A program made the translations under genes and the position numbers. Source: Lama glama (Eukaryota). Taken from it: a DNA stretch of 64,000 nt. The stretch lies in assembly GCA_028534125.1 (NCBI GenBank), contig CM052817.1, positions 65,350,001-65,414,000 of the forward strand. The letters run 5' to 3'. The notes beneath the pieces are model-generated. The model had not been told where the DNA came from, searched no databases, and saw only the letters and a program-made list of their open reading frames with translations. Each line of letters opens with the position of its first letter. Positions within the stretch are counted from its first letter, which is position 1. Below are positions 13,042 to 24,253 of this stretch, one piece after another.

Positions 13042-14629
13042 TTAACAGTGTATTTTGAAGAAAATTTTTAAACTATGATAATGTCCAATTTATCAGTATT
13101 TTTATGGATCATGTTTTTGGTGTCATATCTTAAAAATTTCTGCATAAGACAAGATTATGAATATTTTTATCATGTTTTCTACTAGAAGTTTCATAGTTTT
13201 ACATTTATGTATATATGATCTACTTTGAGCTATTTTTTTGTATATAAGTCATGGGTTGAATTGTTTCCTTTTTTTTTTTTTTTTTGTATATAGATGTCTG
13301 ATTGTTCCAGCCCCATTTGTTGAAAAACTATACTTTCTCAGTTGAATTGGCTTTACATCTTTACAAAAAGTCAATTAACCACATATATGCCACTTTGTTT
13401 TTTGGTATTTATTGTATTCTATTAATATGTGTGTCATCTTTTCACCAATATCACAAGTCTTGAAATCAGGTAGTGTGAGTTTTCTAAATGTTCTCTTTCA
13501 AAATTATTTTGGCTTTCTAATTCCTTTATGTCTTCATATGAATTTAGAATCAGCTTATTGATTTCAAAGGAAAATGGTTGCTGGGATTTGATTGGAAATG
13601 CTTTGTATCCAGGTCAGTTTGAAGAAATTTGTATATCAATTTTATGAAGTTTTCCAACAATGAACATGACATAAACTCTGTTTATTTAGGTATTTGATTT
13701 CTTTCATTAGACATTTGTAGTTTTCAGCATACAGAAACTGCATATATTTTGTTAGACATATGCCTAAGTATTACATTTTTAAGCTTTAAAATTTCAAGTT
13801 CTGATTGTTCATTGCTTGCATATAGAAATACAATAGAAATACAGAAATACTATAAAAAATACAGAAATACAAGAAATAAGAAACGTGACCCGTTCTTTAA
13901 CTCTTGTTAAAATCATCTACTAGTTCTACTAACTTTTAAAGAAATTGTTTGGGATTTTCTCCACAGACAATAATCCTGTCTGCAAATAAAGACAGATTTT
14001 TCCCATTCATTCCAATCTGTATGCTTTTATTTTTATTTCTTTATTTTTCCTTTGCTGCACAGACAAGAACCTAAGTAAGATGTTGAATGTGAGGAGTGAG
14101 GAAGGACATCTTGCCTTGTTTCCAGTCTCAGGGGGAAGCATTCAGTCTTTCATTATTAATTATGAGGTTGGCTGTAGATATTTTAGATGTGCTATCATAC
14201 TGAGGAAATTCTCTACTATTCCTTGTTTGCTAAAAGGTTTTATTATGAATGGATTTAAATTTTGTCAAATATTTTTTCTACATCTTTTTGGATGGTTCTA
14301 TGATTTTCTGCTTTAATCTGTTGATGTGGTGAATTATGTCTATGGATTTCAGAATGTTGAATCACACTTCCTTATGATACATTATCATATTTATGTTTTT
14401 GTATTCAGTTTGCTAGTGTTTGTGAGAGCTTTTGCTTCTATTCCATGAGGGATGTTTTTTGGAGCTTTGTTTCTTTCTTTCTTGTACTGTCTTTGTCCGG
14501 TTTTGGTATCAGTATAATATTGGCCCTATTAAATGACTTACGTGGTGCTTTTTGTTCTTGTATTTTCTGGAAGAGTTTGTGTAGAATTAGGGTTAATTCT
14601 CTTTTAGTTTTATTTTAAATATCACATCC

Positions 14630-14888
14630 TTGGACAAGACTTTCCTAACACACGAGTCTAAAGTAGGTCCCCTCTGTTAGTAACTCTGTTAGTGTCTTTT
14701 TTTTCTTTATAGATTTTATCATAATTTACAATCATACATTTATTCGAGGTTTATTTCTTTAATGCCAGCATCCTCTTCTAAGAGGCCAGGCCCATGTCTG
14801 TGAAGTTCACCATCATATGCCTACTGCTTGGCACGGTGCCTGATACCTACTAGGTATTTGATAAATATTGGTGAATAAATGCATGAAT
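14630..14888 (+). mobile_element. L2 3' fragment
   Basis: 'ggcacggtgcctgatacctactaggtatttgataaatattggtgaataaatgcatgaat'. Confidence 0.65.
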
Positions 14889-15679
14889 CCCCATGATTTA
14901 ATGAATGCCATTATTTATTATTCATCATGCGATTGTGAGCATTATACATATAATAACTTACTATATATTTGTGCAGACTTCATAAAATGAACAGGAAAGC
15001 ACTTCAGACACATCTTAATGAGTATTAAAAACCATAGTATTGTAACAGAAATAGATAATTGCAAAAAGAATGATTTACAATGTGGAGTTAGTATTTCCAT
15101 AAATAACCTTAGAATGTGAATTAAGCGAACTAAAATTTTGAGAAAAGTTAGATACATTTAGCCTTAGCATGAGAAAAAGAGATTCTAGTAAAAAGTAAAA
15201 TGATATTTTACTTAGCTTTTACAGATTAAATAAATTTAAATCAAAAATTCAATGTTATATATGTTATATAATCCCTTGGCTATTTCTTAATTTTCTCTGT
15301 CTCTCTCTCTCTCTTTTTCTTTTTGTAAGTAAAACCAGCTATGTATACTTTGGTAAAGCAAACAGCAAGTTAGAGCAGTAAGCTACAGTGCATCTGGTCC
15401 AGATCCTGGGGTCCAGAAGCCGCCTTATCTGCTGAGGTTTACAAAGGGAAAAGCTCAAGGAAGCGTTTACAGTTCTCATGGCTTCTATTATAAATAACTT
15501 TTCCACTTCTTTCTAGTTGAACAACTGCTATAATTCTATTTCTTCCAGCAGCAATAGTTTTGGAGGGTGGAAGAGAAGTGATGCCTATGGTTAACCAATT
15601 AAACATGCAGAAGTAACCATAAAGCCAGGAATACAATTTAAATTCAAGCAGATGTGACTTTCCCTTGCCAGTCAACTTT

Positions 15680-16020
15680 CATTCGTTCATTCTTTCATTC
15701 CTTCAAATAATGTATTCTGAGGGCCTACTATGTACCAAGTGCTTGGTGAGGGATGGGAATAAGATGAGGAGCAGAATGGACACAGAATTTGGCCTTGTGG
15801 AGCTGACAGTTTAGAGGGAGATTACAGACAGTACATAGGAAATAGCAGAAGGCTCTGGAAAGTCCTTTGATAAGGGACACAGTAAAGCAGGAAGAATATT
15901 AACCTAGACAGGAATGCAGTTATTCTGGGAAGATCTCCTGTTTAAACTGATATCTGAAAGATATCTAGGCACTAAGCATATGGAAGGAAGTGAGGCATGC
16001 AATAAGTGTTACGGGCAGAG
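15680..16020 (-). mobile_element. L2 3' fragment
   Basis: 'cattcgttcattctttcattcc...gggcctactatgtaccaagtgct...ggagctgacagtttagagggag'. Confidence 0.6.
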
Positions 16021-16039
16021 GAATCAATACTATGAATAA

Positions 16040-16230
16040 TAACCAATATTTAGTGGGCACCTGCTAAGTCCACATGAACAGTTTCTTTTGATCTTTACAA
16101 TGACCCTATGAATGGGGTGGCGTTGTTCCTAATCTGGGAGTGAGGATGAGGAATGCGGGACATAGAGTTTAGAAACTTGTCTTAGGTTACACAGGTAGTA
16201 AGCGGCAGAGCTAGGATTAAATAGTGTTAC
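16040..16230 (-). mobile_element. MIR
   Basis: 'tttacaatgaccctatga...gaggaatgcgggacatagagtttagaaacttgtcttaggttacacaggtagtaagcggcagagctagga'. Confidence 0.65.
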
Positions 16231-19200
16231 TCTCTGAATGACAGGTTGCAGGAAAGACGTTCAGAATAACTGGAGTGCATAACACTGATGGAGGGAGGTT
16301 GTTGGTTGGGGGAAGTGGGAGGATAAGTGGTGTCAGGGGTGAGACTGGAAAGGATGGAGGTAAGGACTCAGCTCTGAGGAAGGGTCTTGTAAGCCACGTA
16401 AATAAAGGAGCAAACTGAATATCACGTCAACTTTGGCAGTTTTCTCCCACAATTTAAGTTTCTACCTTGAGCTCTTTCATCTTCCGTGGTGTAGTGAAGA
16501 ACATAGTCCTGATTCAGCCAACATGACGTTAACATGACAAAGACTATAGTCTAGTGGAAAATTATTTTGCTTGAGAGTTTTTCCACCCCCAAGCAAAATA
16601 ATCAGGGAAAGGTGACATGTGAATTTACAGCTTCCTGACAAACTATGTTCATTGTCTATAGTTTTCTTTTTTTACTGAAATATATTTATTTTATTTTTGT
16701 CTTTGAGTCAGAATAATTCACTAAGAATTATTACTTTATATGCTGCCATGACACAATGAAGTGTCATATTCTATTGCAAGAGTATATCACAAATGATTTG
16801 TTACAAAATATAAAGTATTACATTTTGTGAATGTTTTGATTTAAACAAATAAGGTCAGATTTAAATTTTTTCTTCTGCATAACTGTTACATTACAACTCT
16901 TCTTTATGAGTGGGAGAGGAAGGAGAGTTGTTTTTAGCATGCATCCATTGTGTAAGGAGGAGTTTTGTGCATGTAAATGACATCTGTTGAGTATATTAAT
17001 GTGGATAATCAGTTGGCATGAAGTGTGGTGGTCTTGGGAGGCTCCCCTTTAACTCAGGCATGAACCAGTGGCTGCAGGAAGCTATGTTCTGAATGCTAGC
17101 CAACCATCTTACACCAAAGGAGCCACGAAAGACAGCAGAGTTGCTCAACACCAGTATATGACCGCTGTAGGGAAAACAGAGCAAGCACATGCCTCTTCAA
17201 TGGTGGCTCAGCTGTGAACTCTCGACAGGCAGGCAAAGAATTAGAACTCCTTATTTAGGAGGAGCTTGCTCAGAAATGATTTCTGCATCCACATATTTTC
17301 AGGCTCATAGCTCAACATTTTTCTGAGTGGAACCTGGGAACATTTGTTGACCAGCAGAATGGCCTAAACTCCAAACTTCTCCTTGCTTTGCAGCAGCAGC
17401 AGATCAGAAATTGTATAGATCTGCATGAGCTGCATGATTATTAGATTTGGGTGGTTCTACTTCCTCTCAATAACATTTTAGAATATTCATTGCTTATAAA
17501 ATGTGGCTTAGGAGATGAATTTGTCTTTGTATATCTACCTTTTAAAAAATAAACATGCTTCAGTTGGAGATTTTTCATGGGATGAAAGCTTCTTTAGATT
17601 ACTTCAAAGAATTATTGCAGTAGGCCCCTCTGGAAGGAAATGGAATTCTTGTCTTTGTTTTGGCTTGAGTCCCTGCTCTGGAGCCCTGACCTTTGTACTA
17701 GGAATGCAGTAAATTCTAATTTCTGGTTTTGCTGACTCAGGGTTAAGAAAAAAATCTCCTGCAGTCCCATTTTATTGTCAACCCCCTTAAATCTGGAAAA
17801 AAGGAGAAATTGTACTTTATGTAATTCTATAAAGTGACTTCACTTTGGGCAAGGAGAAGAAGAAGGAACCTCCTTGTATGCATTAGACTTTCATTTAGTT
17901 CCAGGGCTTGTGAAAGGGCCACGGAAGTCAAGGCAGCACGATGCTAACTGAGCTGACACATGCATTCCCTCATACACCAGAGCTGCCATTTAAAACATTA
18001 AAAGTAAAAAGCCAAAAAAAAAAAAAATCAATGATTGACAGTCTAACAGGACTAGTTGACTCAGCGACTAAGTCACCAATTTGCCTTATTTCTGGAAGAA
18101 ATCCAGCCCTTGATAATTAGAGCTTTTCTAGAAATTAAATTGGTAGGAGTAGGTCAGACTCCTTGGACTTCAGCTCTTCTTCTGGCAGGGGAGCTTGGGT
18201 CTCACAGAGCGCGAGTGGGCTCCTCACACATTCCTTGAAGTGCATGGGAAGCAGAAGAGTTTGCCAGCACTGTTGGTTGGTGCTTGTTCATTTGAGGATA
18301 AAGAGACCTGGCCAGAGATCTCTTTGCATACAGCAACATTCTCAAACAAATACTTTGTACCTGGACAAGGACAGCCCTTGGTAAAACTGTACAGTAGGGA
18401 GTTGTATCCTTAGTGACCTTCTAGCCTTCTTATCCACACAACCTGACCCCTGTCACTCATTCCCACCCAGCTCCCGCGGCACCGGTGGGCTTTCCAAGAT
18501 GCTTAGCCTGGAAGCCCTGGTTTCCTCATTGTAGGTCAAGTTCGTCCTCCTCTCCAGTGCCTCATATTCCAGGCCTTTCTCATGTGCTTTAATCTCCCTT
18601 CAGAAGTTACCTGGCTCAGCTCCAATTGCTAAGTGCTCTTATTTTTAGGAAATAATGGATGCCAATACCCATGGGATATTCTGTAATTCCTTTTAATACA
18701 TTAGCTTGCTTATATTTTTCTCTTTCTTGAATAATGTAATATCTCAGTCTAGTTAAAAAGGTAGAAAATTAGAACATTTCAACAGATGAGTGGGAAGGGC
18801 CTTTACAGGCCATTTATTCCACATTCTTTCCATAATTGCCTATTCCACAAATACCTAGAATTCATTTTGTGGATATGTTTATGTTTCTTTTTTTCCTTCA
18901 AGACAGTCTTAAGCACTATAACTTAAGCAATTGGGATGTTTTCAAAATAAAGAATAAAAGAAAAAAATATATTACCTTTACATGTATTCCAAGTAAGTTT
19001 TCAGGACTAGAAGAGTCCCAGAAACTATACAGATTTTATTTGTTCATCTTAGTAGCCTTTAAGGTATAATCTAGTCTGATTGCCTAACTTAAAAAAACCA
19101 GGAAACAGAGATAAAGGGAAGGGAAGTATTTATAAGGTCACAGAGATTGATTCCTGGCAGAATCAGAACCAGAACCCAAGTTTTAATATAATTGATCTGA

Positions 19201-20941
19201 TGCATTTTATTTCAATAAAGATCAATAGCTTTAAATATTTATTAAAAACTTTATATGTCCTATTATAAAGATAATTTTTTTAGCTCATTCCCTCCCATTC
19301 CTCCTCATAAGCTACATCTCTGGTTTCCTTTTGAATCTAACTCAAATTCACTTCCTGGAAGAAAATGCATGTGACTACCTTACTCCAAAGTTATTCTACT
19401 TTACATCTCATCAACTTTTAGGAAAATAGTTTCAGTATGTTTATGTTTAGCATGCATTCATTTATTTTAAAAAAAGCTACTGTGTTTAGTTTTTTAATCT
19501 TATTTTCCCCATAAATAAGCATTCTTCTTTTTCACTTAACAGCACCCAGTGGATGCTCTGAAATGCTGATGCCAGTGCTTTTGATTTCTCTCCTTTTCCC
19601 ATTCTATTTCCTCTGCCTTCTTTCTTTTGGGCCACCGGAGTCTGAAAACAGAAGGGGTAGTGGAGATTAAAAGCCAAACATTCTTGGGGCTAACTGCAAT
19701 TGAAAACAACTTCAGCTGGTCTGTTGGAGGGTGTGGCTTAAGGGAGACTGGCATCTTATTACTTATAGCACTTTCAAAGCCAAAAAAAATCTGTAAGTAA
19801 ATAGCCTGGAGATATGGAAAGCTAGATATAAGGGGGAAAAAAGTACAAGATTTTTAAAGCTATAGGGGAAACAGTGTCCAATTTAGATCAACCTCCTGTC
19901 TCTGCTTTTTATATCCTTGCTGTGATTTCAGAAAAATGAGCTCCCGGTTTAATTGTGCTGTGGGTGTGCGCCTGGGTAGCTGTGTGTTTAGAGAGCTCAT
20001 AAATTTTTGCACTTTAAATGATCCCTATAATGCCCTGAAAGAACCAAAACTTCCTGGAAAATCTCAGACTTGCTCCTTGGAAGTTTATTTCTCCCTAGTG
20101 AAATCTGATTCACCATGATATTTATAGTGGATGTTTTGATTTCATGTTGGTGCTTTGGGCTCACAGTGCATTTTTCTAGACGGTGTTGTCATGAAATGTG
20201 ACTTGCAAAACTATTTAAAGGCTAAAGCAGCCTTTTTAAAAACATTCTTTTAGGCACGAATCAAGAAGGCTGAACTATTTCTTAGAACCTCTCTCTACCC
20301 TTCTTGCTTCTGCTGGACCCTGGTAAAGGTTTTGATGCTTAAGGCTGAATTGAAAAAACAGAAATAACTTCCATATCACTAGCTGAGGATATAGATTTTA
20401 GTCTCTTTCTCAGAGTTATCAGAAGTGAAAGTCGGTCTGATTTAAATCTGTTATTGAAAGGATTTTATAGTGTTTGGGTGCTCATCATTGGGAGCCCCAT
20501 TTTTCTCCACTTCTGAGATTAAACAGGGTGCAAGAGTGGTAGTGTAGCAAAGGAGGTTCTCTGTTCTTTTTTCCTCTTCTTTCCTTCTGTTCCCTGGGAT
20601 GGAGGTCTAATGGTGCTTTTTTCTAATAGTGCCCCGAAATTATGCTGTGAAAAGTGAACAATATTAGTAAGATGAACTTATTTCCCTTCTTTACATTTGC
20701 TTTCTGTAGATGCATGGTCCTGAAGAGTGACTGATCTCAACTTACTCCTGCAATGGCCAGTAAAGATCACCAGGTTTTCAGGACAAAGCCAGGAATGGTG
20801 GCCATTGTGAACTTGAGAAGCCTCCAGGATGGAGCTGGGACCTTGGGGGAACATCAGAGGGGTTGAAAATACTGATGTAGAATAAGGAGGGAGGAAAGAA
20901 GAGGAAAGGACTATAAGACTCACCCTAGACAGACTCTAAAC

Positions 20942-21161
20942 CAGTGCTTTTCAACAGGGACAGTTCCGCCCCACTTTCGCTTGGCAAACATTTGGCCTTT
21001 TCTGGAATCATGTTTGACTACACCAACTTGGGGTTAGGTGATACTGGTGTCTAATGAGTAAAGCCAGCTGCTGCTAGCCACCCTATGACATATGGGACAG
21101 CCCCCCACAACAGAGACTCAGCTAACCCAAAATGTCAATAGTGCTGTGGTGGAGAAACCTG
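20942..21161. mobile_element. MER20 (hAT-Charlie), full length with 8-bp TSD
   Basis: Starts CAGTGCTTTTCAAC, ends GGAGAAACCTG; internal 'ggacagccccccacaacagag...cccaaaatgtcaatagtgctg'; TSD ctctaaac (20934-20941) / ctcttaac (21162-21169). Confidence 0.85.
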
Positions 21162-21379
21162 CTCTTAACCAACCAAGAAGGAACTCCAAGGGAAGAGTAA
21201 TGTTTTGCAGCATCCTCTGCATACCTGTGCATGACCAGCTGCTCATAGTAGGTTGTCTTCTTTCTGGTACCTACTTACTATACCTACTGACCCTCCCAGA
21301 CATGGTGGGCATAGCTAAGGTTTTACATTAGAGTTTCCCCCCTCATTCCTTACCTAACTGAGATTCTACCTGTAAATGT

Positions 21380-21583
21380 AGTGTGTATACATATGTGTGT
21401 GTGTATATATTCCTTTACATGTGTGTATATATATTTATATACATTATATATATTATGATGTGTGTATACATAGTCCTTTATATGTGTATGTGTGTACATA
21501 TATTCCTTTATATACATTACATATTATATGTATATAATATATATAATACTCTATCAGCAAATATAGTGTGCATATATAATAGA

Positions 21584-21627
<44 letters not shown>
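21380..21627. repeat. TA/TG low-complexity array ending in pure (TA)n
   Basis: Three degenerate 'gtgtatatattccttta' units followed by a (TA)n run at ~21590-21627. Confidence 0.9.
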
Positions 21628-21630
<3 letters not shown>

Positions 21631-21759
21631 TTCCCTTTTTCTCTTAGCATGCTAAATCTCTTCAGTCTTCCTATGTTATGGCTCCAGGACTTCCACTTCT
21701 GGCCCTTTGCCCATCTCATCAGCAGAGAAATACTTGTTAGGAGGTACTCCTTTGATCAC

Positions 21760-22080
21760 TGATTTGTTCATCTCTCCAATGAATTTACTGAGGGTCTGCT
21801 GTGTGCAAGGCATTGTTATAGATTCTTTGGATACATCAGTGAACAAAACAAAGACTTCTTGTTGAGGTTACATTCTAGCAAAGAAGGCAGACAATAAACA
21901 ATCAATAAATAAAGGATAAAAGATATATGTTAAAAAGTGCTAAGCACTTTGTGAAAAAAAAAAAAGGAGGAGGTAAGGTGGTGAAGGTACAGCTGGCGGT
22001 GTGTTGTGTTGGCTGGCGGAGGGTGGGAAGACCTCACTGATGAAGTGACACTGAGTGCAGAGGTGGGGCAGGGAGAAAAT
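21760..22080 (-). mobile_element. L2 fragment
   Basis: 'atttactgagggtctgctgtgtgcaaggcattgtt...gatacatcagtgaacaaaacaaag...acattctagc...gaagacctcactgatgaagtgacactgag'. Confidence 0.75.
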
Positions 22081-23689
22081 GGTCATTTTGCTGTTCTCCT
22101 TCCAGATGCTAACCTTCGGTAAAAGGAGCTCCAAATGCAGTGATGAGTCCAATAATCCTGAGTACACCCAGAAAATTTTGTTCTGAAGAAGGCTGAACCC
22201 TGGAGCATGTTTTTAAAAGAGTTTTGCCAATCCCATTTATGAATTGTTTCACTGGTCTTAAGCTTAAAATGTAGGTCATCTGGAAGGCCAGGAGTTGGGT
22301 TATGGTTCAATCATTTCTTGAGGCCTCCACATTGTTACTGATAGGGAATGAAGGCAGCTTTCCAAAAAAAGAAAAAAAAAAAAAAGATGGCTATTTGGCC
22401 AGCACAGAATCTGCTATCACTCTTGCTGTGAAGTAATAAATAGCACATTTCGTAACTTTAAGCCATGTATCCTTCATTTAGTCACTCGGTTCAGAGAGAT
22501 TTCAAAATACCTGTAAAGGGCAGTGCACTGTGTACAAAGATGTGGAAGGCAGAGTCCTGAAACTTGGGTTATAGTTCCTCCTAGTGTGTAGTTTGGCGTG
22601 ATCAAGACAAAAATCAAATATAAAAATACTGAGGACCAAGAAAAGGAAACCACAACCGAAGGCACTAAGGAGGCTCCCTGGAGAGGATGGCATTTGAATC
22701 AGTCTTCCTGGATGAGTATAGCTGAAACAGGCAGAAAGGGCAGTTTGAGGGGAGGGGGCAGGGTGGGGGCATTCCCAGAACTAGAAGGAGTAAGTGCAAA
22801 ACAGTCAGGATGGGAGGCTGAGAAAAAGTGCTCTGGAAGCTATAGGGTAAGTGTGCATTCAGTGATCACAAGCCGGTCTTTGCAAGATTGCTTACAGCTG
22901 TTAAGAGCCAGATGTGTTCAGACTATAGATCACCGACAGCTAAGTTCTTTCAACCCTCTTCTCAGTTCTAAAATATGGGACAGCACATTGGCAAGGTTAG
23001 GGCACTCTTTTGGAAGGGCAAGATTTTCTTCATAATACTTTTCTAATTTGTACTGAAGTTTTTCACTAGAAAATCCTTGTCCAGTTGAAAGACTTCATCA
23101 GTCTGGAACCCCCATTCGGAGTTGCTCATGATTATCTGACCCTTACCAAAATTATGAAGTCAGTAAAGTCACGTTTCAGTGAACCCTCCCCATTTAAAAA
23201 CCTTCTGCTCAAATTGTCTTCTCCCGTTCCTCCTGGATGTTTTGCATTACCAGTATCATGACTATTCTGTCCTACAGCTGTGTCTATCTTATTTATCTTT
23301 GCATTGTTAAGCTTTACCACAACTGTTTAAAGAGGAAATTATGTCTTAATTTAAAGGACCAATTACTAGGGTGCAGTAAGGCAATTTTTTGAAATTTTGG
23401 TACATTTTAAAACCTAATTTTGGCAATGTAGCATTCAAGACACTGTACATGAAGCAAAATATATGCCCCAAATCCAAATGGAAATCCATCACCCTGCCTG
23501 TTCCGTAACTATAAATAAGCCTTTTGGAAGTCATGCATATCACAATAGGCACAATCTTCAGTAATTGAATTATTTAATCCGAGTGACTACTTATTGAGCA
23601 TTTATTAAAGATTTCAGGCACTTTATTTGCCATTAAAAAAAAAAGCATTGCTGCCGTGTTTAATTCTGGCAGCAGCTAAATTATGTGAG

Positions 23690-23790
23690 ATAGGGATTAT
23701 AATTCTGACCATGTTACAGATGGAGAAACTGAGGCTCAGAGAGGTTAAGTCACCTGCCTATGGTCTAGTGCAGGGACGGATGCAGGCTTC
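23690..23790 (-). mobile_element. MIR core
   Basis: 'ttacagatggagaaactgaggctcagagaggttaagtcacctgcc'. Confidence 0.8.
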
Positions 23791-24164
23791 TTGAAGACCT
23801 GCTTCTTGGAAACGACATTTGGAAGAATATGACCTTCGTGCTCACCGTGTGGGAAGCTGAGACAATGCTAGCAAAAAATTATATTCTTGCATCCCTACTT
23901 GAGAAGTGGGATGCTCTGTCTTGCAGTGGGGTAGCTTCCTCCTTTTAAATGAAAAGACTGCTTTTCCTGTTGGTTGATGTTTTTCAGAGTACCCAGGATA
24001 ACAGTTAGGTCTGCCTTGAGGGGTGATGGATGAGAGAAAAATTTCAAAGGTTTTGATTTAAAGAGGAGAAAAAAAAAAAGAAGAAGCAGAATTGTGTTTC
24101 CTGACATCTAGATCTTACCAGCACTTACTCCACACTTTTTTTTATAGCACTTGCCATATTGTAT

Positions 24165-24253
24165 GTTTTTTTCTTTTTTTTCTTAGATTCCACATATGAG
24201 TGATATCATATGGTATTTTTCTTTCTCTTTCTGGCTTACTTCACTAAGAAAGG
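24165..24253 (-). mobile_element. Short L1 fragment with TSD
   Basis: Near-identical to 28218-28290; direct repeat CATATTGTAT at 24155-24164 and 24254-24263. Confidence 0.75.

Larger units (their letters stand above)
10890..14600 (-). mobile_element. Old L1M (L1MB-like) 3'UTR + degenerate ORF2, interrupted by a younger L1 at 11898-13041
   Basis: 3' end 'tttattgaggtctac...'; ORF2-end remnant (KNWKQPKYPPTGKWIDQVWYIY, minus 11177-11368); RT-region DNA 'ggacatcttgccttgtttccagtctcagggggaagcattcagtc' near 14105. Confidence 0.85.

Noticed and set aside
21380..21520. Spaced degenerate repeats as a CRISPR-like array
   Set aside because: Microsatellite-derived low complexity, eukaryotic context, no unique spacers and no cas genes
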